From Octopus bimaculoides (taxonomy: Eukaryota), in contig NC_068990.1 of the NCBI RefSeq assembly GCF_001194135.2, forward strand, positions 43,364,484-43,403,969: a stretch of 39,486 bases of DNA, written 5' to 3'. The first letter of the stretch is position 1. Each line of letters begins with the position of its first letter. Positions 1 to 12,140 of the stretch are shown here, piece by piece. The position numbers and the translations under genes were made by a program. The notes beneath the pieces were generated by a model. That model did not search any database, was not told the DNA's origin, and was given only the letters and a program-made list of their open reading frames with translations.

Positions 1-47
1 AGCATGGCCGCAGTCAAATGACTGAAACAAGTAAAATAGTAAAAAAA
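1..47 (+). mobile_element. 3' tail of SINE family A (cut by window edge)
   Basis: agcatggccgcagtcaaatgactgaaacaagtaaaa matches the 3' end of the full copies at 12141-12535 and 14546-14977. Confidence 0.85.
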
Positions 48-56
48 AATAAAATA

Positions 57-57
<1 letters not shown>

Positions 58-98
<41 letters not shown>

Positions 99-160
99 AT
101 GTGTGTTTGTGTGTGTATGTATTTTTATATGTGTGAGTATATGTATATATATTCATATAT
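58..160. repeat. (TA)n / (TG)n microsatellite
   Basis: Direct inspection. Confidence 0.95.
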
Positions 161-310
161 ATAAAACAATGTTTGGCATGTTTTCAGCACATGAAACTAA
201 TAGTAGCACATAAAAACATATATTGTGTTTATTAAATAATATTTATCTCTCACCAGATGGAGAACTTTTTTTGTTGATCTTACCATCATGGAACAGTATA
301 CTATATATAT

Positions 311-1260
311 CATTATCATCATCATCATCATCATTTTTTAACATCCATTGTCCATGCTGGCATGGGTCAGACAGTTTGACCACGGCTGGCAAGCTGGAAA
401 TCTGCACCAGACTCTAGTTTCATTTGGCATGGTTTCTACAGTTGGATGCCCTTCCTAATGCCAACCACTCCAAGAGTGAAATAGGTGCTTTTATATGCCA
501 CCAGTATGGGTGCCATTTGCATGACACCAGTATCTGTCACAACTGCAATTTTACTTGGATTGATGGGTCTTATTCTCAAGCACAACATAATGCCAAAGGT
601 CTCGGTCATCACCTCTGTGAGGCCCAACACTCAAAAGGAACTTTCCACGTGCCACTGGCATCAGCCACTTTGCCTCTGTGAAGCCCAATGCTCAAAAAGT
701 GTTTTTTATGTGCCACCGCCATGGGTGCCAGTTTGACACCAGCATCAGTCACAACTATGATATGATTTCACTTGACTTTGACACCAGCATCCGCCATGAC
801 TATGACTTGGCTTGAGGGGTCTTCCCAAGCACAGCATATCGCCAAAGTCTTGGTCACTAGTCATTGCCTCTGTGAGATGCAAAAAATAAAGATCATGCTT
901 CACCACCTCATCTCATATCTTCCTGGCTCTACCTCTACAACAAGTTCCCTCCACAGTTAGAGAGTGGCACTTCTTTACATAGCTGTCCTCGTCCCTATGC
1001 ATCACATGACCATACCAGCAGAGTTGTCTCTCTTGCACACCACCTCTGATGCCTCTTAAGCCCAACCTTTCTCTCAAGATGCTTACACTCTGTCAAGCAT
1101 GCACACTGAGATTGTACATCCAGCAAAGTATACTGGTTTCATTTCTTTCAAGGCTATGCATGTCCTCGGCTGTCACAGCCCATGTTTCACTGCTGTGTAG
1201 CATAGCTGTTCGCACACAGGCATCATGCAATCTGCCTTTAATTTGAGCGAGAGACCCTTT
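311..1260 (-). mobile_element. 5'-truncated RTE-clade LINE, 3' end (post-RT ORF remnant, 3' UTR, (GAT)n tail)
   Basis: Minus strand encodes KGRLHDACVRTAMLHSSETWAVTAEDMHSLERNE (RTE-type thumb region); homologous to 34177-35573; 3' motif ggatgcccttcctaatgccaacc; (ATC)n at 311-345. Confidence 0.85.
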
Positions 1261-1391
1261 ATGTGTGTGTATATATATATGCACACACACACACACACAC
1301 ATACATACATACATAACAGGTTGTGTTACTGTTAAATTGTCAAACTCCATGTGACAATGTAATGCGTGAGTGCTTGTGTGTGTGCGTGTGT

Positions 1392-1431
<40 letters not shown>

Positions 1432-1434
1432 AAT

Positions 1435-1700
1435 TAGGTGTGTAGTTAAGAAGTTTACTTTCAAATATGAGCTTTTGGATTCCTTCCCTCTGCACTACAT
1501 CTTGAACAAGTGTTTTCTACTGCAGCCTTGTTTCAACCAATACTAAGTAAGTGCATTTTGTAGGCATAAGCTGTATGAAGCTTGTTGTGTTGTGTGTACA
1601 TACATGTATCTTTGTTTGTGTGTGTGTATGTGTGTGTGTGTGTGTGTGTCTGTGTCTGTGTGTGCCTGTGTCTGTGTGTGTGTCTTTGTGTCTGTGTGTG
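1435..1700 (+). mobile_element. Degraded SINE A 5' half followed by (TG)n
   Basis: cttgaacaagtgttttctactgcagcc resembles cttgggcaagtgtcttctactatagcc of intact copies; TG tract about 1610-1700. Confidence 0.55.
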
Positions 1701-2189
1701 CAGCGTTTTTAATCAGCAAAATTTAAAAGTGATTCAAGGACCCAGAGTTTCGGGCATGGTGCTTATCAAACTGTTTTGACGTCTGGAAGTCTGCTTTTAT
1801 ACAGATTGACTTATAATTATAATTATCTCTGAATTGTTTGAGAAAATACTGAAATTGGAAGCTGACATGAATAATGTAATTTTTTTTTTTTTTTTTTTTC
1901 AAATTGTCTGCCTGTTAAGTAATTCAATAAACGAAGAAATAAAAATATATGAACAAATAAGAGATAAATGAAAATAAAAGGGAAAGAGAAAGTTTATACT
2001 GACAGTCAGCAAGAGGTGTCATATGCATGACATACCCTCATCTTATATCAGGGTTTTCAAAATCAAAGGAGGAAAATGAAGATGATAAATAAAATACATG
2101 CTATATTCTATATTTAATAAATTGTAATAAAGTTGTTATTCCTACATTTAACAGGTTTTACACCTAGGGAAAATTTTACAAAATATATG

Positions 2190-2506
2190 GCACTCCATCA
2201 GTTGTGACAACTAGGGTTCCAGTTCTTCTGATCAATGGAACAGCCTGCTCATGAAATTAGCATGCAAGTGGCTGAGCACTCCACAGACATGTGTACTCTT
2301 AACATAATTTGCAGGGAGATTCAGCATGACACAGAGTGTTACAAAGTTGGCCCTTTGAATTACAGGCACAACTCATTTTTGCCAGCTGAGTTGACTGGAG
2401 CAATGTGAAATAAAGTGTCTTGCTCAAGGACAAAGCATCACCAGGAATTGAACTCATGTCCTTACGATCATGAGCCGAATACCCTAACCACTAAGTTATG
2501 CACCTG
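2190..2506 (-). mobile_element. tRNA-derived SINE family D
   Basis: Minus strand has A-box-like ttagtggttag, B-box-like gagttcaattcc, then ccttgagcaagacactttatttcac; 3' half shared with 2668-3044. Confidence 0.8.
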
Positions 2507-2667
2507 CACACAAAAAAAGAATATATATACATGTTAGGATAGCAAAATTCAGCTTGCCCACAATGCCAGCAACATTAAGGACTAGTTCTTGTTTCTATTT
2601 GTGTTCTGTTACATCCCCAGAATATCTTACTGTAGTATAACTATTGTCAGTTATTACTAGATCTCAA

Positions 2668-3044
2668 GTGGAGGCGCAATGGCCCAGTGGTTAGGGCAGT
2701 GGACTCGCGGTCATAGGATCACGGTTTTGATTCCTAGACCGAGCGTTGTAAGTGTTTATTGAGCGAAAAACACCTAAAGCTCCACAAGGCTCTGGCAGGG
2801 GATGGTGGCGAACCCTGCTGTACTCTTTCACCACAACTTTCTCTCACTCTTACTTCCTGTTTCTGTTGTGCCTGTAATTCAAAGGGTCAGCCTTGTCACA
2901 CTGTGTCACACTGAATATCCCCGAGAACTGCATTAAGGGTACACGTGTCTGTGGAGTGCTCAGCCACTTGCACGTTAATTTCACGAGCAGGCTGTTCCAT
3001 TGATCAGATCAACTGGAACCCATGACGGAGTGCCAACAACAACA
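2668..3044 (+). mobile_element. Full-length tRNA-derived SINE family C with 12-bp TSD
   Basis: A box TGGCCCAGTGG, B-box-like GGTTTTGATTCC, (CAA)n tail; direct repeat ACTAGATCTCAA at 2656-2667 and 3045-3056. Confidence 0.9.
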
Positions 3045-3153
3045 ACTAGATCTCAAACATTTTCAAACCTAACACCAAAGGTAATTTGGTGTTAGGCTTG
3101 AAAGACTACAACCTAATAAATCAATTGACAGACCAACTAGGGAGTCCTTAGAT

Positions 3154-3340
3154 CAGTAGTTCTCAATCAGGGTCCATATGGCCCTTGTGGGTTCATATAA
3201 GAGGGTTCATTTTGTCATACAGTTCCTAATAATATTTAATTATAAAAATACAGTAGAAATTATGCAATGAATGGTTATGGGGGTCCAGTTGAGTAAAATA
3301 TGAATCAAAGGGCCCATCAGCAAAAAATGGTTCAGAGATG
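3154..3340 (+). mobile_element. hAT-like MITE relic
   Basis: Starts cagtagttctcaatcagggtccatatgg, resembling the CAGTGGTTCTCAAC hAT/Charlie-type terminus; homologous end in reverse at 29034-29083. Confidence 0.55.
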
Positions 3341-3949
3341 TTGCTCGATCTGCTAGAAATAGTAGCTAAACTCTTCCAAATCATGTACTATCATCCTGAA
3401 AAATGAAAGACATATTGGATAATGTAGTTTCTAGATATATTAAATCTAAGAAAAAAAAAAGTGAAACAATCATGGATGAACAAGGATGGAACAGTTTTGA
3501 TTACTGGTTTATACAATCAAGGATGATCTGCAGCAGAAAAAAAACAAAAAAAAAACAAGAACAAAAGACCTGTTAGAGCTATGCTTGTACTAATCACATC
3601 AATGATTTATACCCTATCATTGCACTTATTTGCAGCTATTAGGAACAGAATTATTGAAGGGTAAAGTATAAGCCTTGTAGAGGGATACTTCATCAGTAAT
3701 GTATAGACACTCTAAAGTGTGTACCCTTCAGCTAATTATCCAGTATGCTATGCAATTATCTATCACTCGATCATCTGAAGATCTTAGCATATACCATTAC
3801 ACTTTGTTTGACACACTTCTCAATATTATAGGAACCAAACAAAAGGGCTGAAAGCTTTCTCACTCTCTTGCCACATTAATGACCCTGCCAATATACTCTG
3901 CAATATATTTTCTTGTTCCATATTTACTGTTTCTTTTTCTCATTTAGAT

Positions 3950-3989
<40 letters not shown>

Positions 3990-4719
3990 GTAAACTGTCC
4001 TTCCTTTTGCGGCCAAAATATATTGATTAGTATTTTTCTTTCCTTCTTTCATTTTTCTTTGGCTTGATTTTGAAAAGATGGTGAAAAAAAACATAAGTAA
4101 TCATACAACTTAGATTTGTTGGAAACAAATTCTGTAATATTCTAGAAAGTGGTTTTACATAGAAATATACTGTGTCCTTGCTTGGCACTGTTATATTTCA
4201 TGTATGATAATGACTGGTACATTTATTTTGGAAAACTTAAGATGCTGACATATGCATTTTTCTCAGAAATCCTTTGAAAATATTTCCTGCTAGAATAACC
4301 TGCATTTTTGCAACTTAACCAATGAGTGTGTGCAACAAAGTACTTTTCTCATAAACTAACCCATTCCCATTTCTTGTAAGTGTTTTTGTGTGGGTGTTTC
4401 TTCTTTTTATTTTTGCATTTTTTATATACTAAATCCATTTCTTCTCTGTTTGAAGAGTTTTATCAAAGGCTTTTTTTGCAGTTAGAAGAATTCCTTAAAG
4501 TCTATTTCTCCACAATGACAGCTGCTTTCAAGACTTCTACATAAAGGCATTCATGATAATGGTAAATAACAACTCATGGTTTTATGAACCAGTATTTCAA
4601 TAGCTCATCCATGAGGCTATGTTTTTTATAAGTTAGTCAGAGGAAATGAGGGAGTCACCATGACCTTTGCAGGTCACACTGTCAAACTAGTGAAATTTTT
4701 GGAGTTGATTGATATTCAG

Positions 4720-4932
4720 TATTCTTTTATTCTTTTACTGGTTTCGATCATTTGACTGCAGCCATGCTGGAGCACCCCCTTGAAGGGTTTTAGTCAAACA
4801 AATCAACCCCAGAACTTATTTTTTTTAAAGTCTAGTACTTATTCTATAGGTTTCTTTTGCTGAAATGCTAAATTACGGAGATGTAAACACTAACACTGGT
4901 TGTCAAGCAGTGATGGGGGACAAACACAGACA

Positions 4933-5000
<68 letters not shown>

Positions 5001-5166
5001 NNNNNNNNNNNNNNNNNNNNNNNNNNNNNNNNNNNNNNNNNNNNNNNNNNNNNNNNNNNNNNNNNNNNNNNNNNNNNNNNNNNNNNNNNNNNNNNNNNNN
5101 NNNNNNNNNNNNNNNNNNNNNNNNNNNNNNNNNNNNNNNNNNNNNNNNNNNNNNNNNNNNNNNNNN

Positions 5167-5229
<63 letters not shown>

Positions 5230-5398
5230 CATATGACAGGCTTCTTTCAGTTTCCATATACCAAATCCTCTCACAAGGCTTTGGTCAATCCTAGGCTATA
5301 GTAGAAGATGCTTACCCAAGGTGTCATGCAGTGGGACTGAATTCAGAACTATGTAGTTGGGAAGCAAGCTTCTTACCACACAGCCACACCTACACCTA
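4720..5398 (-). mobile_element. Full-length SINE A with expanded internal (CA)n spanning an N gap
   Basis: 3' half 4720-4935, CA tract and gap 5001-5166, 5' half 5230-5398 ending cacagccacacctacacc. Confidence 0.9.
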
Positions 5399-5559
5399 TG
5401 TTTATGTTTATAGGAAAAGTGTGTGCAAGGAAAGAATTCCAGAAGAAATGATGAGGAAAGACTGATAAAAATGTCTAATGTAGTGTTGTGGAGGTGAGAC
5501 AAAAAGAAGAGGAGACAAGTGAGTCAGTTGGACCTGAGTGAAGATGTTATGTAGCTAGC

Positions 5560-5865
5560 TAGTTCAGATGGTAGTGAGGTAGTGAGTTCAGTTCTTGAAC
5601 CAGGCTGTGTGTTGTGCTCTTGAGCAAGACACTTTATTTCACTCAGCTGTAGAATGAGTTGCGATATCACTGGTGCTAAGCTGTATCGACCTTTGCTTTT
5701 CCCTTGGATAACATCGGTGGCATGGAGAGGAGAAGCTGGTATGCATGGGTGACTACTGGTCTTCCATAAACAACCTTGCCCAGACTTGTGCTTTAGAGGG
5801 GAACTTTCTAGGTGCAATCCCATGGTTATTAATTACTGAAGGAGGTCATTTCTCTTTACCCTTTT
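5560..5865 (+). mobile_element. SINE family E (degraded head)
   Basis: cttgagcaagacactttatttcac ... ggtcttccataaacaaccttgccc ... tttctaggtgcaatcccatgg; homologous to 25078-25430. Confidence 0.8.
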
Positions 5866-7334
5866 ATGGATCTTAGTTGAGAGAATATATATATATAGCT
5901 TGTTCAGTAAAGCAGTAACTATTGCCGTAGTGTGTGGACCTGTGTTGAGGATATAAAACGATTTAGTTTAAAAAAAAGCAGAAGCCATTGTTGTAACAGC
6001 AGAAGCAATGAGGAAACCTCACATCTGTAAATTTGTAATGTAATGCACTTTTTACGAAATATCTGCCAGTCAGTCAATTAGTTTTCTTGATTATGTTATA
6101 AATATAAAATAAATAGTAAAAACATATTAATAGAAGCATGTTCATTCTTTTAATGTTTAAAAAAGTTTTTCTGTTTTTGTAATTCTGTATGCTAAAGATA
6201 ATGTATAAAATTGGAATAAAATATTTTACCAGCTATTCTACCATGTAAAAGTAGTATAAGTGATATTAATGCTTTTTACATCTTTTGTCAGATTTTTAAA
6301 AAGTCACTTATTGAAGAAGAATCTTGTAACAAATGAACATTCACAAACTGATTGTATGAAGTTGAAATATTAATGTTCATGATGAAATGTTTAACCCTTT
6401 TGATGCTAATATGCGCGAAACTACTTTGGGTTCTATGATACAAAGCTGCCTGTTTAAAAGTATTGATATTTAAATTAAACCCATCCATCATAATTTTTAT
6501 CTCAGAACCTTTTTGTTATGTTCCGAACATTAGCTTTAATAATGAAAAAGCTAGTTGTTTGACTAATTCCCTGCAAATTCTTGATTATATTCAAAATTAA
6601 TTGAAGCACATCATGTATTTCATTAGGAAATATAGTCCATAGAAGAGTTGACTATGAGAAGACAACTTCTTTACTTGTAGTATGTGTCCACTTTAATACT
6701 GTTGTGACATGCTTTGTCTTTTATTTATGTATGGATATAATATTCTGTCTTTGGCTTGCTCTTTGACCTTTCTAGCATAGATCACCCTGCTGGTAATTAA
6801 TTTGTAGATTGAATCCCATTTTTGAAACTCAGAAGCACACAGACTCCTACAACCACCAGCCAAAAAGTGAACCACTAAGAGGTTATGCAACTATCTAAAC
6901 AAATATTATCAGTCATTGTAATACTGAAGAATTGTGTGCTACATTTGGTCCACAGGTGTGTATCATCTGTTTTTGAGGTAAGTTGGAAAATACCTGGATA
7001 TCTTGAAAATTTGAACTGTTTTAATGCACCATACTAGTGTATGCATATTCCTTTGAAACAAAGTGTAATACACACACTCGTTTTTAAATTAAAACAGTTT
7101 TAATACTCGTTTTTAAATACAGTTTTTAAACAACTGATAGTGTGTTGTGGCCGTTGTAGCCCAATCAACGCTTTATTTAGCGTGCTTGGATCAAAAATGG
7201 CTGAAAATTACTTAATATAATCCTCACTGTTTTAAGAAGAGGAAGGACATCTTGGATTATGAAATCCATAGTATGGGAAATAAAAATGACATTGCCACAG
7301 TTTCAGTACTATAGGTTTGTGTGGTTTTGATGTC

Positions 7335-7565
7335 TCTGATCATTAGTCTGTTTCATTTGAATGCCTTTGGTCTGTCTGGCTTGAATGCTTTTAATCTTAA
7401 ATCATTTGGCTTGAGTTTATTTGATCATAAGTCTGTTTAGATTGAATGCTTTTGATCATAAATCTGTTTAGTTTCAATTACCTTGATCATAGATCTGTTT
7501 GTCCTATATGCCTTTAATCATATTTCTGCTTGGCTTAAATGTCTTTGATCAAAGAACTGCTGGGT
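7335..7565. repeat. Degenerate 31-bp minisatellite, about 7 units
   Basis: tt(g/a)atca recurs at 7421, 7452, 7483, 7514, 7545; unit roughly ttgatcataaatctgtttggcttgaatgcct. Confidence 0.8.
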
Positions 7566-8159
7566 CTACACAAAATACCACAATGGGATGATTCATGCAT
7601 AATATTTATGCAAATAACATACAGTTCTAACCATAAGAAATATTTTCTTTGCTATTTCTTTAATCAAGAGATTATTCCATAAATCTTATTTTAATAAGTA
7701 ATTCTTGTAAGTTGCTTCGCTTATCAATATTCAGTCACTTTAAGTCATTATGTCTCTCAGGTTTCTATAATCTGATAAGTAAAAACTGTAAAAGCATTTC
7801 CTTTTGGCTGAGAAGGTTTAATAATGCTAAAATATGTCTGTTAAAAATCAGACTCATTCTTTTCCACGTACCCTTCCATTTTTTCATTAATTTTGATCAT
7901 GAAGTTGCTTCTCTTGCCTTACTTAATCAGTATTAACCATTAAGGCTAATGACATTTTTCTCCTAATTATGTGTTAATTCATTCATTTTATGCTCATTTT
8001 CACAGGCTACCATGAATTAGACTCATACTTATTGTTGAAACATTATTTTATAACTGGATGCCTTTCCTCTTCCTAACCCTTATCTTTGTTTATGTAAGGA
8101 ACTTATTCTATGTGTCTTTCAATGATCTCTTAACTGGGAATATCAACATAATATCACTC

Positions 8160-8300
8160 TTCCTGTGGTTACAAAGTACAATGTTCAACTACATGGTTTC
8201 AGGTTCAGTCCTACAGTGCAGTACTTTGGGCAAGCATCTTCTTCTCTGGTATTGGGCCAACCAATGATTTGTGAATAAATTTGGTAGGCTTGAAACATAA
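8160..8300 (+). mobile_element. Degraded SINE A 5' half
   Basis: acatggtttcaggttcagtcctacagtgcagtactttgggcaagcatcttc. Confidence 0.65.
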
Positions 8301-8389
8301 AATACTTTTCCATTCTTCTTGAATATTAAACTAATACTCTTGTTTGTTGTTCCTACACCTGTCTTCATCTTTTGTTTTCTGCCAATTTG

Positions 8390-8423
<34 letters not shown>

Positions 8424-8437
8424 AGAATGGAGCAACA

Positions 8438-8553
8438 AATACAAGAAGAAGCAGTTCTGTTGGGCTAGTTAGCCGTTGTTTTATTGTGTGGAGGTTATGT
8501 AATGAGTCATTGTGAATGTTATGTAGCCCAACAGAACTGCTTCTTCTTGTATT
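8438..8553. repeat. Perfect 30-bp inverted repeat with 56-nt spacer, abutting N gap
   Basis: aatacaagaagaagcagttctgttgggcta (8438-8467) is the exact reverse complement of 8524-8553. Confidence 0.9.
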
Positions 8554-8880
8554 NNNNNNNNNNNNNNNNNNNNNNNNNNNNNNNNNNNNNNNNNNNNNNN
8601 NNNNNNNNNNNNNNNNNNNNNNNNNNNNNNNNNNNNNNNNNNNNNNNNNNNNNNNNNNNNNNNNNNNNNNNNNNNNNNNNNNNNNNNNNNNNNNNNNNNN
8701 NNNNNNNNNNNNNNNNNNNNNNNNNNNNNNNNNNNNNNNNNNNNNNNNNNNNNNNNNNNNNNNNNNNNNNNNNNNNNNNNNNNNNNNNNNNNNNNNNNNN
8801 NNNNNNNNNNNNNNNNNNNNNNNNNNNNNNNNNNNNNNNNNNNNNNNNNNNNNNNNNNNNNNNNNNNNNNNNNNNNNNNN

Positions 8881-9316
8881 GCTGTTTTTTTTAATTAAAA
8901 TTCTTTAAAGGTTTAATAAAAAATAACAACTAATTAATCAATAATGTATTCACCCTTGTTGTTTACAACTTCTTCCCAACGTTCAACAAGATTTTCAATA
9001 CCTCGTTGGTAGAAATAACCTAATTTTGACTTGAAAAATTGATCCAACCAAGCTCTCAATTCTGCATCAGTTTTGAACAAAACTCCACACATTGCATATG
9101 AAAGAGATCGAAAGAGGTGGAAATCCATTGGTGCCACATCAGAAGAGTATGGCAGGTGTGGCAGCACTTCCCAGCCATGTGTTTGAATGGCTTTCTTGGT
9201 CATATTGGTGATATGAGGGCGGGTGTTATCGTGCAGCAGAAGAAGTCCATGCTACCAATTACGTCTTTTCTCTTGAATAGCCATGATGAGTCGTTCCATC
9301 TGTTGAAAAAAGAGTT
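8881..9316 (-). mobile_element. Mariner fragment (3' third of transposase and subterminal region)
   Basis: ORF 8934-9203 GWEVLPHLPYSSDVAPMDFHLFRSL...YQRGIENLVERWEEVVNNKGEYIID; same family as 31115-32412; the terminal repeat probably continues into the gap. Confidence 0.9.
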
Positions 9317-10275
9317 ATCCCTCCATTGGACTGAACTAATTAGTAGATGAAATTGAGTACTTCAGTCCACTGGAGGGATAAAGGTAGAATGAGGTATTTT
9401 TGCCTCTTGGCTGAAACAGCTGTAAGATATTATCCCAGTTTTTATTGCTATATGTTATATTTTAATAATTACTGATATTTTATATTTTATACGTTATATA
9501 TGTAAAGCATAATATGTCATATATGTCATATATGTATATATATTGTTTTAATTGTCCTTTTAGTAAATAAATAAATAAATTGACATAATATAACGTCTAA
9601 AAGTTGATGAAAACCACCTATTAATCCCCCCATTTTCTTATTCCTCTATAAATTAATGGTAAAATAACTCTTTACCTTCACCTATTTATTACACTTGGTA
9701 ATGTAATTGCCATGCAATGAAAAAACACTTGTGTACTGATAATTGGGTATTCTACCAGCAGTATATTGTATAGATATTATCCCTTAATTGGTTGTATTCA
9801 CAACCTCTAACTTTCTTGGAATATATATATATATGTCAGAATGACGTAGACACCTCTGATGTATATACATATAGACATATATATATATATATATATANNN
9901 NNNNNNNNNNNNNNNNNNNNNNNNNNNNNNNNNNNNNNNNNNNNNNNNNNNNNNNNNNNNNNNNNNNNNNNNNNNNNNNNNNNNNNNNNNNNNNNNNNNN
10001 NNNNNNNNNNNNNNNNNNNNNNNNNNNNNNNNNNNNNNNNNNNNNNNNNNNNNNNTATATGTGTATGGACATACAAGTGTGTGTATGTGTGTGTGTGTAT
10101 TGAGAAAAAGGAGGCAGTCAGAATTTTGGAATGAAGGAAAGTACAAATAAAGAATTATCCAGAATTCTGACCACCTCCTTTTTCTCAATATACAATATCT
10201 GTGCACCACTTCAAACACACTATACATACATACATGCATACATACATACATACATACATACATACACACACACAC

Positions 10276-10317
<42 letters not shown>

Positions 10318-10475
10318 CAATAGGCTTCCACACAGTTTTTGTCTACCAAATTCACTCACAAGGTATTATACAACCCAGGCTATAGTAGAAGACACTTGTC
10401 CAAGGTGCCACCCAGTGGGACTGAACCCAAAACGAAATGGTTGCAAAGTGATCATCTTAACCACACAGCCATACA
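10318..10475 (-). mobile_element. SINE A 5' half
   Basis: ggctatagtagaagacacttgtccaaggtgccacccagtgggactgaacc ... ccacacagccatac. Confidence 0.8.
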
Positions 10476-10529
10476 TAATCTTAATCAACTGACATTTATG
10501 TGCTCACTGCTGTCCACTCTGTAAGGCTG

Positions 10530-10673
10530 TCCACCGTGTAAAGTGGTTAGAGTTAGGAAGGACATTCAGCTATAAAAACCATACCAAAACAGATAGTGAG
10601 GCTTGATGCAGTCTGCTGCCAGACCAGCCCCTGTCAAACCGTCCAACCCATGCCAGCACGGAAAACAGATGAG

Positions 10674-10706
<33 letters not shown>

Positions 10707-10735
10707 GGTGGTGGTGGTGGTGATGATGATGATGA
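10530..10735 (+). mobile_element. RTE 3' terminal fragment with (GAT)/(GGT) tail
   Basis: gtggttagagttaggaaggacattcagctataaaaacc ... aaaccgtccaacccatgccagcacggaaa, then GAT repeats; matches the end of 34177-35573. Confidence 0.75.
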
Positions 10736-11972
10736 TTACATTAATTATGCCAGCTTCCACTTAACTATGCATTTCTTATGCAGATAGTACCCTGGGTAAT
10801 TATTTCTCCCAAGTCATTCAATCACATGGGGTAGGAAGGATTGGTTTTCCTTTTAGTGAATCAGAATGGGATTGATTTTAGACGGACAATGAAAATAGAG
10901 AAACTTCCTTCATCTTTCTCATGGCCAGAATATTCTTGGCCATTGTAATTTATTTGCTTCATCCAGACATTCCAACATTTACATTTTGCAAGACGCTGAA
11001 CTCAATTATATGTACATTCTCTTTCTCTCTTTCTCTCCCTCTCTTTCCCCCCTCTCTCTCCTTCTCTCTCCCCCCTCTCTCCTCCCTCTCTCTTTCCCCT
11101 CTCAAGTGAGATTTTTCAGATGCTATCATAAATCATTAGAAAGATAATGGGTGTCAGTTAAGATACTGTTGGCTTTATGTATTAAGGCTACAGTGGTAGG
11201 GCCAGTCAACAGAATAAAGAGGTGGGAGCTGGAGTGAGTGTTGGATGAGGTGAGATGTAGTATGACACATCAGTAATCAAGTCAAAAGTTTTGGCTAAGC
11301 TTTGAGCAAGTTTTGGTTGAGCTCAAAGAAGGTGGTGGTGGTGGTGGTGGTGGTGGTGGTTTNNNNNNNNNNNNNNNNNNNNNNNNNNNNNNNNNNNNNN
11401 NNNNNNNNNNNNNNNNNNNNNNNNNNNNNNNNNNNNNNNNNNNNNNNNNNNNNNNNNNNNNNNNNNNNNNNNNNNNNNNNNNNNNNNNNNNNNNNNNNNN
11501 NNNNNNNNNNNNNNNNNNNNNNNNNNNNNNNNNNNNNNNNNNNNNNNNNNNNNNNNNNNNNNNNNNNNNNNNNNNNNNNNNNNNNNNNNNNNNNNNNNNN
11601 NNNNNNNNNNNNNNNNNNNNNNNNNNNNNNNNNNNNNNNNNGGTGGTGATCTTAATAGTGGTTTTGGTGGTGGTGGTGGTGGTGGTGGTTTTGATGGTCG
11701 TGGTGGTGGTGGTGAAAAACATCATCTTTCCCTTCCAGTAACTAGATTCTTTGTTGTTAGCTTCTTTATTCCTTCACCTTCTCTGGTATCTACAGTAAAC
11801 AAAAGCCAGGAAAATAAATGGCATGGAATTTTGGAAACTATTTTTTTCTTTGCTTTTTTTAATTTTTTTTTAATTCTCTTTTGTAATTTTTGTAATTTTT
11901 AAACCATATTTCATCAAGAACAGAAATGATTGATTCTATTATCCTTCTGTTCAGACCATTTCTAACAAATGG

Positions 11973-12125
11973 TTTGAAATTTAGGCACAAGGGCAGCCAT
12001 TTTAGGGGAGAGGAGTAAGTCAATTACATCAACCCCATGATATGACTGGTACTTTATTTCATCATCCCCAAAAGGATGGCTGGCTAAATTGATCTCAGCA
12101 GCATTTGAATTCAAAACATGAAGCC
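11973..12125 (-). mobile_element. Degraded SINE family B
   Basis: aggcacaagg ... aattacatcaacccc ... ctggtactttatttcatc ... aaaggatgg, homologous to 14398-14541 and 38652-38884. Confidence 0.65.
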
Positions 12126-12140
12126 AGAAAAAATATTACT

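Noticed and set aside
1706-1830. CpG-bearing unique segment with 40-60-codon open frames on both strands
   Set aside because: No recognisable homology and no paired splice sites
2668-2745. tRNA gene calls at SINE heads (also 14546, 25360-25430, 38800-38884)
   Set aside because: A and B boxes are present but they continue into SINE bodies with tails and TSDs; no complete cloverleaf
4483-4560. EF-hand-like peptide GEIDFKEFF on the minus strand
   Set aside because: Upstream residues lack the DxDxDG loop, a stop follows at once, and there is no splice support
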